Assembly: GCA_964389165.1 (NCBI GenBank)
Contig: CAYMDI010000001.1
Coordinates: 1 to 33,997, forward strand
Reading direction: 5' to 3'
Length of the DNA stretch: 33,997 bases
From: an uncultured Eubacteriales bacterium
GTDB taxonomy: Bacteria; Bacillota; TC1
Shown here: piece after piece, positions 1 to 7,111 of the stretch
Layout: the number at the start of each line of letters is the position of its first letter
Numbering within the stretch: position 1 is the stretch's first letter
Translations under genes and position numbers: made by a program
The notes under the pieces: generated by a model
Databases searched by the model: none
What the model was told of the DNA's origin: nothing
Seen by the model: only the letters and a program-made list of their open reading frames with translations

Positions 1-361
1 TGATTTCAACACGGCGCTGGCTTTCAGCTATTTCTTTGACGGCAGCAAGCTTCTGGCTAAAGCACTGAAGGAAGAGACTGCAGGCAAGGCCGGGCTGAAT
101 AAGGCCTACAGGCTTTTTGAGAAATATTTAGTGGAGATTTTAGGCGTCCTTCCCCTGACATCCCGGGAAGCTGGCTCAGAGGAAGCTGATGCAGGGGAGG
201 AGGGCCTGGCTTCCAAACTGATGGAAGTCCTCATGAAACTCAGGAACACCGCACGGAAAGAGAAGAATTTCCCTCTGAGCGACGCTATCCGAGATGAGCT
301 GGCCCTGCTCGGAATCGAGCTGGTCGATACCAAGGAAGGAAGCACATGGAAGCTCCGATAA
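1..361 (+). CDS. cysS: cysteine--tRNA ligase, C-terminal fragment (5' end lies outside the window)
   Basis: Frame 2 is open from base 2 to TAA at 359-361. The tail ...DFNTALAFSYFF...MEVLMKLRNTARKEKNFPLSDAIRDELALLGIELVDTKEGSTWKL resembles the CysRS C-terminal anticodon-binding tail. It lies upstream of mrnC, as in the Bacillus cysS-mrnC-rlmB-sigH cluster. Confidence 0.8.
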   Translation, partial: DFNTALAFSYFFDGSKLLAKALKEETAGKAGLNKAYRLFEKYLVEILGVLPLTSREAGSEEADAGEEGLASKLMEVLMKLRNTARKEKNFPLSDAIRDELALLGIELVDTKEGSTWKLR

Positions 362-756
362 AGGGGAAAGGGGGATTCCCCTCTGTCCTGGCCCTGGCTT
401 ATCTGGGAGATAGTGTCCTGGAACTGGAAATCCGGGAATATCTGATCCGCAGCGGCAAGGTAAGGCTGGATTCCCTTCATAAGGGCGCTGTGCGCTATGT
501 CAGCGCTGCTGCCCAAAGCAAGGTATATGATGCTATCGGGGAATACTTGTCGGATGAAGAGAGAGATGTTATGAAAAGCGGCAGGAACAGCAAGAAAAAA
601 ATACCCAAGAACGTAGAGATGAGGGACTATCGGAAGAGCACCGGTCTGGAAGCCCTCTATGGCTATCTTCATCTGGAAGGCCGGAAGGAGCGGATCCGGA
701 CTCTTACAGCCCAGGTAGTGCAGATTATTGAAGGAGGTCCGGTTCATGAGGATTGA
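346..756 (+). CDS. mrnC: Mini-ribonuclease 3 (23S rRNA maturation RNase III-like)
   Basis: The 136-aa product carries an RNase III-like signature, ALAYLGDSVLELEIREYL. The position after cysS is conserved. The start overlaps the cysS stop by 16 nt. Confidence 0.85.
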   Translation: MEAPIKGKGGFPSVLALAYLGDSVLELEIREYLIRSGKVRLDSLHKGAVRYVSAAAQSKVYDAIGEYLSDEERDVMKSGRNSKKKIPKNVEMRDYRKSTGLEALYGYLHLEGRKERIRTLTAQVVQIIEGGPVHED

Positions 757-1426
757 AAAGGCAAAGGTCCTGGTTCCTGTAATGGATACCCAGCTTGTTC
801 TGCGCAGGCTGGAGCGCTGTGGAAGAGTCTGCTACAAATCTGAGGACAAGTTCACAGAGGAGAGCGGGAAGGGGATGCTGAAGACCCTGATCGCCAAAAA
901 CCACGAGTCTGTACTGGAACATGAGAAGCTCACCATGCTTTTCATCATTGACAGAGGGGTCAGCCATGAACTGGTCAGGCATCGGATGGCCAGCTATAGC
1001 CAGGAGTCAACCCGGTACTGTAATTACAGCAAGGATAAATTCGGCCGGGAAATCACGGTGATTGATCCTTTCTTCCTTACAGGGGAGAAACGGGATGTCT
1101 GGGAGAGCGCTATGAAGGAGATTGAAGTCTCATATTTCAGGCTTCTGGATCTGGGTGGCACCCCTCAGGAGGCCAGAAGCCTCCTGCCCAATAGCCTGAA
1201 GACAGAAATTGCTGTCACCATGAACTTCCGGTCTTTGCGGAATTTCCTCTCCCTGCGCTGCAGCCCTGCAGCCCATCCCCAGATCAGGGAAGTGGCTATC
1301 CCCCTCCTCCTCTATCTGAAAAAGAAACTGGAACCTCTCTTTGCGGATATCCCCTATGATGAGGCCTTTCCAGTGGAACATTATGCCAGCATCCTGGAAA
1401 CAGACCCATACTTCGAGGCGCTATGA
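746..1426 (+). CDS. thyX: FAD-dependent thymidylate synthase ThyX
   Basis: The ThyX signature RHRMASYSQESTRY (RHR..S....S.RY) is present. I moved the start from the TTG at 728 to ATG 746, which lies 8 nt after GAAGGAGG (730-737). Confidence 0.9.
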   Translation: MRIEKAKVLVPVMDTQLVLRRLERCGRVCYKSEDKFTEESGKGMLKTLIAKNHESVLEHEKLTMLFIIDRGVSHELVRHRMASYSQESTRYCNYSKDKFGREITVIDPFFLTGEKRDVWESAMKEIEVSYFRLLDLGGTPQEARSLLPNSLKTEIAVTMNFRSLRNFLSLRCSPAAHPQIREVAIPLLLYLKKKLEPLFADIPYDEAFPVEHYASILETDPYFEAL

Positions 1427-2163
1427 TGGAGTATTTCGGAGGACGGCAGGTCGTCCTGGAAGCATTACGCAGCGGACATAAAATCCACAGGCTTTACCTT
1501 GGAGATCCTCGGATTCTCAAGGGTGAGCTTGGGACCCTGGCAGAAAAGGCCGGGCTTCAGGGTGAGGTTTGCCCAGCAGCGCTCCAGGAGAAAATGGAAG
1601 GGAGCCAGGGCATTCTGGCTTACGGAGAGAGTTTCTCCTACAGGAATCCTGAGGATTTCCTGGAGAGCCTGTCAAAAAGCCAGGGCTGTCTTGTGGTGGT
1701 CCTGGATCACCTGGAAGATCCCCATAATCTGGGTGCCATTATCCGGACCGCTCTCTGCGCAGGAGCTGCAGGGATCGTGATTCCTGATGACCGCAGCGTG
1801 CGGGTGACTCAGACTGTCCTGAAGGTTTCTGCTGGTGCAGCATTCCACCTGCCTATTGTGAAGGTTTCCAACATCGCTACGTATCTTAAGAAGATGAAAG
1901 AGGAAGGCTTCTGGGTCTATGGAGCGGATATGGCAGGCCCTTCCGGCCTTTATGAGACAGCACTTAGCGGCAGGATTGCCCTGGTGGCGGGAAATGAGGG
2001 GAAAGGGATCAGCCCTTTGGTGAAGAAGTCCTGTGATGTCCTGATTTCCATACCACAGGAAGGGCCCCTGGGATCCTTGAATGTGAGTGTTGCAACAGGC
2101 CTGATCCTCTATGAGGCCATGAGACAGCGGAGGTATCTGCATGGAAGAATACAAGGTTCCTGA
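1423..2163 (+). CDS. rlmB: SpoU/TrmH-family 23S rRNA 2'-O-methyltransferase (RlmB-like)
   Basis: SpoU motifs are present: LEDPHNLGAIIRTA, GNEGKGIS and LNVSVATGLILYE. The start overlaps the thyX stop (ATGATG), and the position before sigH is conserved. Confidence 0.85.
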   Translation: MMEYFGGRQVVLEALRSGHKIHRLYLGDPRILKGELGTLAEKAGLQGEVCPAALQEKMEGSQGILAYGESFSYRNPEDFLESLSKSQGCLVVVLDHLEDPHNLGAIIRTALCAGAAGIVIPDDRSVRVTQTVLKVSAGAAFHLPIVKVSNIATYLKKMKEEGFWVYGADMAGPSGLYETALSGRIALVAGNEGKGISPLVKKSCDVLISIPQEGPLGSLNVSVATGLILYEAMRQRRYLHGRIQGS

Positions 2164-2773
2164 ACTGGAAAAGGCAGAGGATGAAGCCCTGGCAATCGCT
2201 GCACAGGAAGGAGACCGCCAGGCCGAGGAAACCCTTCTGCGCCGCTATCAGGGTTTTGTAGCCTATAAGGTGAAAGACTATTTCCTGCAGGGGGGGGATC
2301 GGGATGATCTGCTCCAGGAGGGGATGATCGGACTATATAAGGGGATCCGCAATTACCGCCTGAAGGAAGGTTCCAGTTTCTGCAGCTTTGCAGAACTATG
2401 CATCCGAAGGCATGTGATTTCTGCAATCCGCACAGCAAACCGCCTGAAGAACCAGCCTCTCAACAATTACCTGAGCTTCAGCGATCCTCAGGGAGATGAG
2501 GATGGACGGGAGCTTGAAGATTTCCTGGAGAGCAAGGAACAGCAGACTCCGGAAGAGATCCTTCTGGGGAAAGAGCAGCTCAAGCGCATTGAAGGGGTGA
2601 TGAAGGAAAAACTCTCCCCCCTGGAATGGGCAGTCTTTTACGACTACCTTCGGGGAGAGAGCATGCTTCAGATTGCACGGGAGATGAATCTTCCTCCTAA
2701 GGCTGTATATAATGCCATGGACAGAAGCCGCCGGAAGATGGGGGAAGTCCTAGCTGCTGAAGAAATCCTATAG
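2141..2773 (+). CDS. sigH: RNA polymerase sigma-H factor (sigma-70 family)
   Basis: DLLQEGMIGLYKGIRNYRLKEGSSFCSFAELCIRRHVISAIRTANRLKNQPLNNYLS matches conserved regions of Firmicute SigH. The locus follows rlmB as in Bacillus and Clostridium. Confidence 0.85.
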   Translation: MEEYKVPELEKAEDEALAIAAQEGDRQAEETLLRRYQGFVAYKVKDYFLQGGDRDDLLQEGMIGLYKGIRNYRLKEGSSFCSFAELCIRRHVISAIRTANRLKNQPLNNYLSFSDPQGDEDGRELEDFLESKEQQTPEEILLGKEQLKRIEGVMKEKLSPLEWAVFYDYLRGESMLQIAREMNLPPKAVYNAMDRSRRKMGEVLAAEEIL

Positions 2774-4192
2774 CTTATGAAGAAGGCGCTTCAGTGTCTG
2801 GTAGCAGTTCCGGATGCTTTCCAGGCTGGCCCGTTCCTGACAGGTGTGTATATCCAGAATATCTGGTCCGATGCTGATAATATCCAGCATCGGATTTTTT
2901 TTCAGGAAGAACCCGCATTCCAGCCCTGCATGGATCGCTGCGCTCCGTGGCTGCTTCCCGGTGACCTCATGGTAAGCCTGGAAGTAGGCTTCCCGGAGTG
3001 GGGAAGCCTTCCGATAAGGCCAGGCAGGATATCTGCTCCGGAAGGAGAGTTCAGCAGGGCAGCCCGCAGCAGCATCAAGAAAGCGTTGTTCAAGGTGTGC
3101 AAGGGCATCTTCCCGGGAACTGCGCAGGGAGATGACCAGCTGCAAAGCATCTTCTTCCCAGGTGAGGATTCCGGCATTGCTGGAAGTCTCTACAAGCTCA
3201 GGGAGATCCTGGGACATGGCTGCCACACCATTTGGCATCCGGGACAGGAAATCCAGGAATTCTGCCAGTGCTTCCCCGGTAAGGCATCCGCCCTTTGGAA
3301 GAGGGACCTTTGCGGTAGAGACTGAAAGGGTGGCTTCCCGGGCCACTTTCTGGATGTATTGAATCTCCTCCTGGAGGATACTCTGGAAGATGGCCTCCTG
3401 GAGAACGGCTGATCCGGCGATAAAGCCCGACTCGGAGGGTATGGCATTGTGTTTGACCCCGCCCTGGAAGTGGCTGGCCCATAAATCCGGGACCCGACTC
3501 TGGAGTCTCTGTAAGAGCCGGGCGGAAAGGAGAATGGCATTGTCCCGGGGCAGATGGATTTCTATCCCTGAATGACCACCCTGTAGGCCAAAGAGGCTTA
3601 CAGCGGCCCAACTCCCTGCTGAAGGGGTGGAGACAAGGGGGCTGGACCAGGTAAGGTCCAGGATGCTTCCCCCGGCACAGGAACTGTAGGCCACGCCTTC
3701 CTCCTCTGTATCCAGATTGATCAGCCTCTTGGACCTGAGGGCTGAAAAGTCCAGAGCGGCGGCACCGCTCATTCCCTCCTCTTCATTGGTGGTAAAGAGG
3801 CATTCCAGACTGGGACCCTGGTATTCCGGGTCTTCCAGGAGGGACAGGATATACCCGGCTCCGATACCATTATCCCCCCCAAGGGTACTCTCTGCCCCCA
3901 TGAGCCAGCCATCCCGGAGATGCAGCGCCACGCCCTGTCCAGCAGTGCCAAGGCATACCATGTCTATATGAGCCTGAAGTGCAGCCGGCTCCCTGCTCCC
4001 GTCCATGGGCCGGAAAATCAGCACATTATCTTCCGAATCCCGCCTCCAGGGAAGACCTCGCTTTTCCGCAAAGTTGCAGAGGAAGTCTGCTGCAGCTTGC
4101 TCCTTTCCGGAGCAGCGGGGAATGGCCGCTAAGGAGATGAAATTCCTCAGGGCAGGGTCTGATGCAATTTCATAAGAGATCTGATGCTTCAT
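2768..4192 (-). CDS. pepD: aminoacyl-histidine (Xaa-His) dipeptidase, M20 family PepD-like
   Basis: PepD-like motifs include LQAHIDMVC, TTNEEEGMSGA and IHAGLECG. I moved the start from 4315 to ATG 4192 (MKHQISYEI...), which follows GAAAGGAA. The 41 upstream codons have no homology-like content. Confidence 0.85.
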   Translation of the reverse strand: MKHQISYEIASDPALRNFISLAAIPRCSGKEQAAADFLCNFAEKRGLPWRRDSEDNVLIFRPMDGSREPAALQAHIDMVCLGTAGQGVALHLRDGWLMGAESTLGGDNGIGAGYILSLLEDPEYQGPSLECLFTTNEEEGMSGAAALDFSALRSKRLINLDTEEEGVAYSSCAGGSILDLTWSSPLVSTPSAGSWAAVSLFGLQGGHSGIEIHLPRDNAILLSARLLQRLQSRVPDLWASHFQGGVKHNAIPSESGFIAGSAVLQEAIFQSILQEEIQYIQKVAREATLSVSTAKVPLPKGGCLTGEALAEFLDFLSRMPNGVAAMSQDLPELVETSSNAGILTWEEDALQLVISLRSSREDALAHLEQRFLDAAAGCPAELSFRSRYPAWPYRKASPLREAYFQAYHEVTGKQPRSAAIHAGLECGFFLKKNPMLDIISIGPDILDIHTCQERASLESIRNCYQTLKRLLHKL

Positions 4193-4283
4193 CAGGGATG
4201 TTCCTTTCTTTTGCGGATTCAACCGCAATGGTTTACCCAGGCAGGGCTGTATGGTAGACTGATGGAAAAAAGGAGTGATTCTC

Positions 4284-4730
4284 ATGGATTGTCTCAATAT
4301 TTCCCTGGAAGGCACAGATGGCGCTTTCCATAGCCTGAAGGATTATCTGGGGAAGAAAATCCTTGTGTTCTTCTATCCCAAGGATAACACAGGGGGATGA
4401 ACCACGGAAGCGAAAGAATTCACAATTTCCAGGCTGGAGATTGAAAAACTCAATGTAGCCCTGATGGGAGTCAGCAGGGACAGTATCGCTTCTCACAGGA
4501 AATTCATTGAAAAACAGGAACTGGACCTTCTGCTTCTGAGTGACAAGGATAGCGCCTTGTGCAATTGCTTTGAGGTACTGAAGGAAAAGAATATGTACGG
4601 GAAAAAGGTGATGGGCATTGAACGGAGCACCTTCCTGCTGGATGAGGAAGGGAATCTGCTAAAAGAATGGCGGAAAGTGAAGCCGGAGGGCCATGCAGCG
4701 GATGTGCTGGCCTATCTTCAGAGCCTTTAG
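4284..4730 (+). CDS. bcp: Bcp-type peroxiredoxin (thiol peroxidase) with in-frame TGA at codon 39; candidate selenocysteine protein
   Basis: AGGAG (4271-4275) lies 8 nt before ATG 4284. Translation gives MDCLNISLEGTDGAFHSLKDYLGKKILVFFYPKDNTGG-[TGA 4398-4400]-TTEAKEFTISRLEIEKLNVALMGVSRDS... and continues in the same frame into the listed 4464..4730 ORF (4464-4284=180). The TGA falls exactly where Bcp proteins carry the peroxidatic Cys (YPKD.TPGCT.E). Confidence 0.75.
4402..4437 (+). promoter_or_regulatory. candidate bacterial SECIS hairpin downstream of the bcp UGA
   Basis: Hand-folded pairs are 4406-4410 with 4426-4430 (GGAAG/UUUCC, one G.U) and 4412-4414 with 4419-4421. The apical loop AGAA (4415-4418) contains a G about 18 nt after the UGA. 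An outer CCA/UGG helix (4402-4404 with 4435-4437) is possible. The structure is modest and not validated. Confidence 0.3.
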
Positions 4731-4841
4731 AAATCAGCAGTCCTGGCTTTCAGCAGGATTGTCCGGAGAGGCGGAAGAGGGGGATGCTGCACCTTTATGG
4801 GAGCTGTGTTCTGCCTGCCTTGGATTCTCTGGAATAGAGGC

Positions 4842-4870
4842 TTGACAGAAGGTGCAGGGAGGAAGATAAT
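4842..4870 (+). promoter_or_regulatory. sigma-A type promoter of the thrS leader
   Basis: TTGACA (4842-4847), a 17-nt spacer, then GATAAT (4865-4870). Confidence 0.6.
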
Positions 4871-4876
4871 ATAAAG

Positions 4877-5105
4877 TAGGTAAATCGTTGATCGGGATGA
4901 GTACCTATCCGCAGGACCTGCAGAGAGAGAAGCCTTGGCTGGAAGCTTCTTGGGAGGCGGACAGGGAAGACCACCCGGGAGAGGGAGCTGAAATCCAGTA
5001 AGCGACACGCAGGCCAGCGTTACGGGCAGGAAAGGAAGGGCCCAGTGCCCTTTGAATTAGAGTGGAACCACGGTGCTATCGTCTCTTAGATGATAGCGCC
5101 TTTTT
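4877..5105 (+). promoter_or_regulatory. T-box riboswitch leader (threonine specifier) controlling thrS
   Basis: The leader shows a GA/K-turn-like GAUGAGUA near the 5' end and an AGAGA element (about 4921-4930). A candidate specifier ACC is followed by A (4970-4973). An F-box-like GCGUUAC is present. The conserved T-box sequence AAUUAGAGUGGAACCACGG (5055-5073) overlaps the 5' arm of a terminator. Confidence 0.85.
5072..5105 (+). terminator. intrinsic terminator of the T-box leader (attenuator)
   Basis: A 12-bp stem pairs GGUGCUAUCGUC (5072-5083) with GAUGAUAGCGCC (5089-5100), including two G.U pairs. The loop is UCUUA and UUUUU follows (5101-5105). It lies 19 nt before the thrS start. Confidence 0.85.
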
Positions 5106-5123
5106 GTCTGATTGGAGGAAAAT

Positions 5124-7031
5124 ATGATGCAGGTAAAGCTTAAAGATGGAAAGGTGATTGAAGCGGCTGAAGGCAGCACCTTGATGGATCTCGCGGCAGG
5201 AATCAGCGGACGTCTGAAAAAAGAGGCGGTTGTGGCCCGGGTCAACGGCCGTCTCATGGATCTGTCCCAGCCTGTCCATGATGGGGATCAGGTGGAAATC
5301 TATACCTTGAAGGATCCGGAAGGCCTGGAAACCTATCGCCACAGCAGCGCTCACATTATGGCTGAGGCTGTGGGGGAGCTCTTCCCCGGGACGAAATTCG
5401 GAATCGGGCCGGTGATCAAAGAGGGCTTCTACTATGACTTCGATACGGACCATGTCTTCACACCGGAAGATCTCCAGAAGATTGAAGAGAAGATTGCTGA
5501 AATCGTCCAGCGCAACACCCCCTTTGTGCGAAAGGTCCTGAAACGGGAGGAGGCCCTGGAGTACTTTGGGAATCTCGGTGAGAAGTACAAGGTAGAACTC
5601 ATTTCAGACCTTCCGGAGGGAGAAGAGATCAGCATTTATGAGCAGGGCGGCTTCCTAGATCTCTGCAGAGGCCCTCATGTCCCTTCTACAGGTTATCTGA
5701 AGGCCTATAAGCTGATGAATCTTGCCGGGGCATACTGGCGGGGCAGCGAGAAGAATAAGATGCTCCAGCGGATCTATGCCACTGCTTTTCCGGACAGGAA
5801 AGAGCTGGAGGCCTATCTGACCAGGCTGGAAGAAGCCCGGAAGAGGGATCACCGGAAACTGGGGGCGGAACTGGATCTTTTTACCCTGGAAGAAGAGGGC
5901 CCTGGATTCCCACTTTTCCTGCCCAAGGGTATGGCACTGCGCAATGAGCTGGAAGACTATATGCGGGAAATGTATAAGAAGTGGGATTATGAGGAAATCA
6001 AGACCCCCATCATTCTGAACCGCAAGCTTTGGGAGCAGTCCGGGCACTGGGATCACTATAAGGAAAACATGTATTTCACAAAGATCGATGAAGGGGATTA
6101 TGCAATCAAGCCGATGAACTGCCCAGGCTGCATGCTGGTGTACAAGCATGGTCAGCATAGCTACAGGGAGCTTCCCATCCGTTATGCAGAGATGGGTCTG
6201 GTCCATCGCCATGAGAAGTCCGGGGTGCTCCATGGTCTTATGCGGGTCCGGGCCTTCACCCAGGATGATGCCCACATCTTCATGCTTTACCACCAGATCA
6301 GGGAGGAAATCCGCAAAGTCATAGAAATGGTGGATGAGGTCTACCAGACCTTTGGCTTCACCTATAGCGTGGAGCTTTCAACCCGTCCTGAAAAGGCTAT
6401 GGGTGAAGTGGAAATGTGGGATATGGCCACCCAGTCTCTTAAAGATGCCCTTGAGGAACTGAAGATGCCCTATGCCATCAACGAAGGGGATGGGGCCTTT
6501 TACGGGCCGAAAATCGATTTCCATCTTAACGATTCCATTGGGCGTACCTGGCAGTGCGGAACCATCCAGCTGGACTTCCAGATGCCTGAGAAGTTCGACC
6601 TCACTTATATCGGCGAGGACGGAGCCAAGCATCGGCCTGCCATGATCCACCGGGCAATCTATGGCTCCATCGAACGGTTTATCGGAATCCTCATTGAGCA
6701 TTACGGAGGGGCATTCCCTCTGTGGCTTGCGCCAGTGCAGGCCAATATCCTGCCTGTTGCAGAAGTGCATCAGGATTATGCCTGGGAAGCTGCAGCCCGT
6801 TTGAAAAAGGCCGGAATCCGCGTCCAGGTAGATGACCGGAATGAGAAACTGGGATACCGTATCCGGGAAAGCCAGGTGAAGAAGATCCCTTATACCTTCG
6901 TGGTAGGAGATCGGGAAGCGGAGGAAGGAACCGTATCTGTACGCAAGCGGGGAGAAGGGGATCTGGGCAGCAAGAGCCTGGAGGAAGTCCTGGCTCTCCT
7001 GGCTGACGAGATCCGCAGCAAGGGGAAATAA
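5124..7031 (+). CDS. thrS: threonine--tRNA ligase
   Basis: Full-length ThrRS is present, with a TGS domain (VKLKDGKVIE), an editing domain (HSSAHIMA) and a class II core (RVRAFTQDDAHIF, FYGPKIDF). I moved the start from the TTG at 5112 to ATG 5124, which follows GGAGG (5114-5118). Confidence 0.95.
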   Translation: MMQVKLKDGKVIEAAEGSTLMDLAAGISGRLKKEAVVARVNGRLMDLSQPVHDGDQVEIYTLKDPEGLETYRHSSAHIMAEAVGELFPGTKFGIGPVIKEGFYYDFDTDHVFTPEDLQKIEEKIAEIVQRNTPFVRKVLKREEALEYFGNLGEKYKVELISDLPEGEEISIYEQGGFLDLCRGPHVPSTGYLKAYKLMNLAGAYWRGSEKNKMLQRIYATAFPDRKELEAYLTRLEEARKRDHRKLGAELDLFTLEEEGPGFPLFLPKGMALRNELEDYMREMYKKWDYEEIKTPIILNRKLWEQSGHWDHYKENMYFTKIDEGDYAIKPMNCPGCMLVYKHGQHSYRELPIRYAEMGLVHRHEKSGVLHGLMRVRAFTQDDAHIFMLYHQIREEIRKVIEMVDEVYQTFGFTYSVELSTRPEKAMGEVEMWDMATQSLKDALEELKMPYAINEGDGAFYGPKIDFHLNDSIGRTWQCGTIQLDFQMPEKFDLTYIGEDGAKHRPAMIHRAIYGSIERFIGILIEHYGGAFPLWLAPVQANILPVAEVHQDYAWEAAARLKKAGIRVQVDDRNEKLGYRIRESQVKKIPYTFVVGDREAEEGTVSVRKRGEGDLGSKSLEEVLALLADEIRSKGK

Positions 7032-7111
7032 GCAGATCCTGGTGTTTGTATTATGCCGGGGGTTATGCTATTCTTAAGAAAAGTTTCAGGAGATGAACGG
7101 GAGGTACCTAT

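Noticed and set aside
2290-2297. A G8 homopolymer inside sigH (CAG GGG GGG GAT). Also a C7 run at 7293-7299 and an A8 run at 10555-10562, all inside coding regions. These could be slipped-strand phase-variation tracts.
   Set aside because: All three are in frame in this sequence and encode sensible residues (the Gly-Gly in SigH lies in a conserved region). A single sequence gives no evidence of length variation. Phase variation of sigH would be extraordinary, so this needs population or long-read data before being claimed.
4398-4400. The TGA in bcp read as a simple nonsense mutation, making the gene a pseudogene.
   Set aside because: Not fully excluded. It is disfavoured because the stop coincides exactly with the catalytic Cys codon, both halves are intact and in the same frame with no other lesions, and the RBS and start are preserved. 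The feature is kept as a CDS with a caveat.
4727-5008. A 93-aa minus-strand ORF between bcp and thrS.
   Set aside because: It lies entirely inside the thrS promoter and T-box leader. Its composition is Pro/Leu-rich and it has no RBS. The structured RNA on the other strand explains the region.
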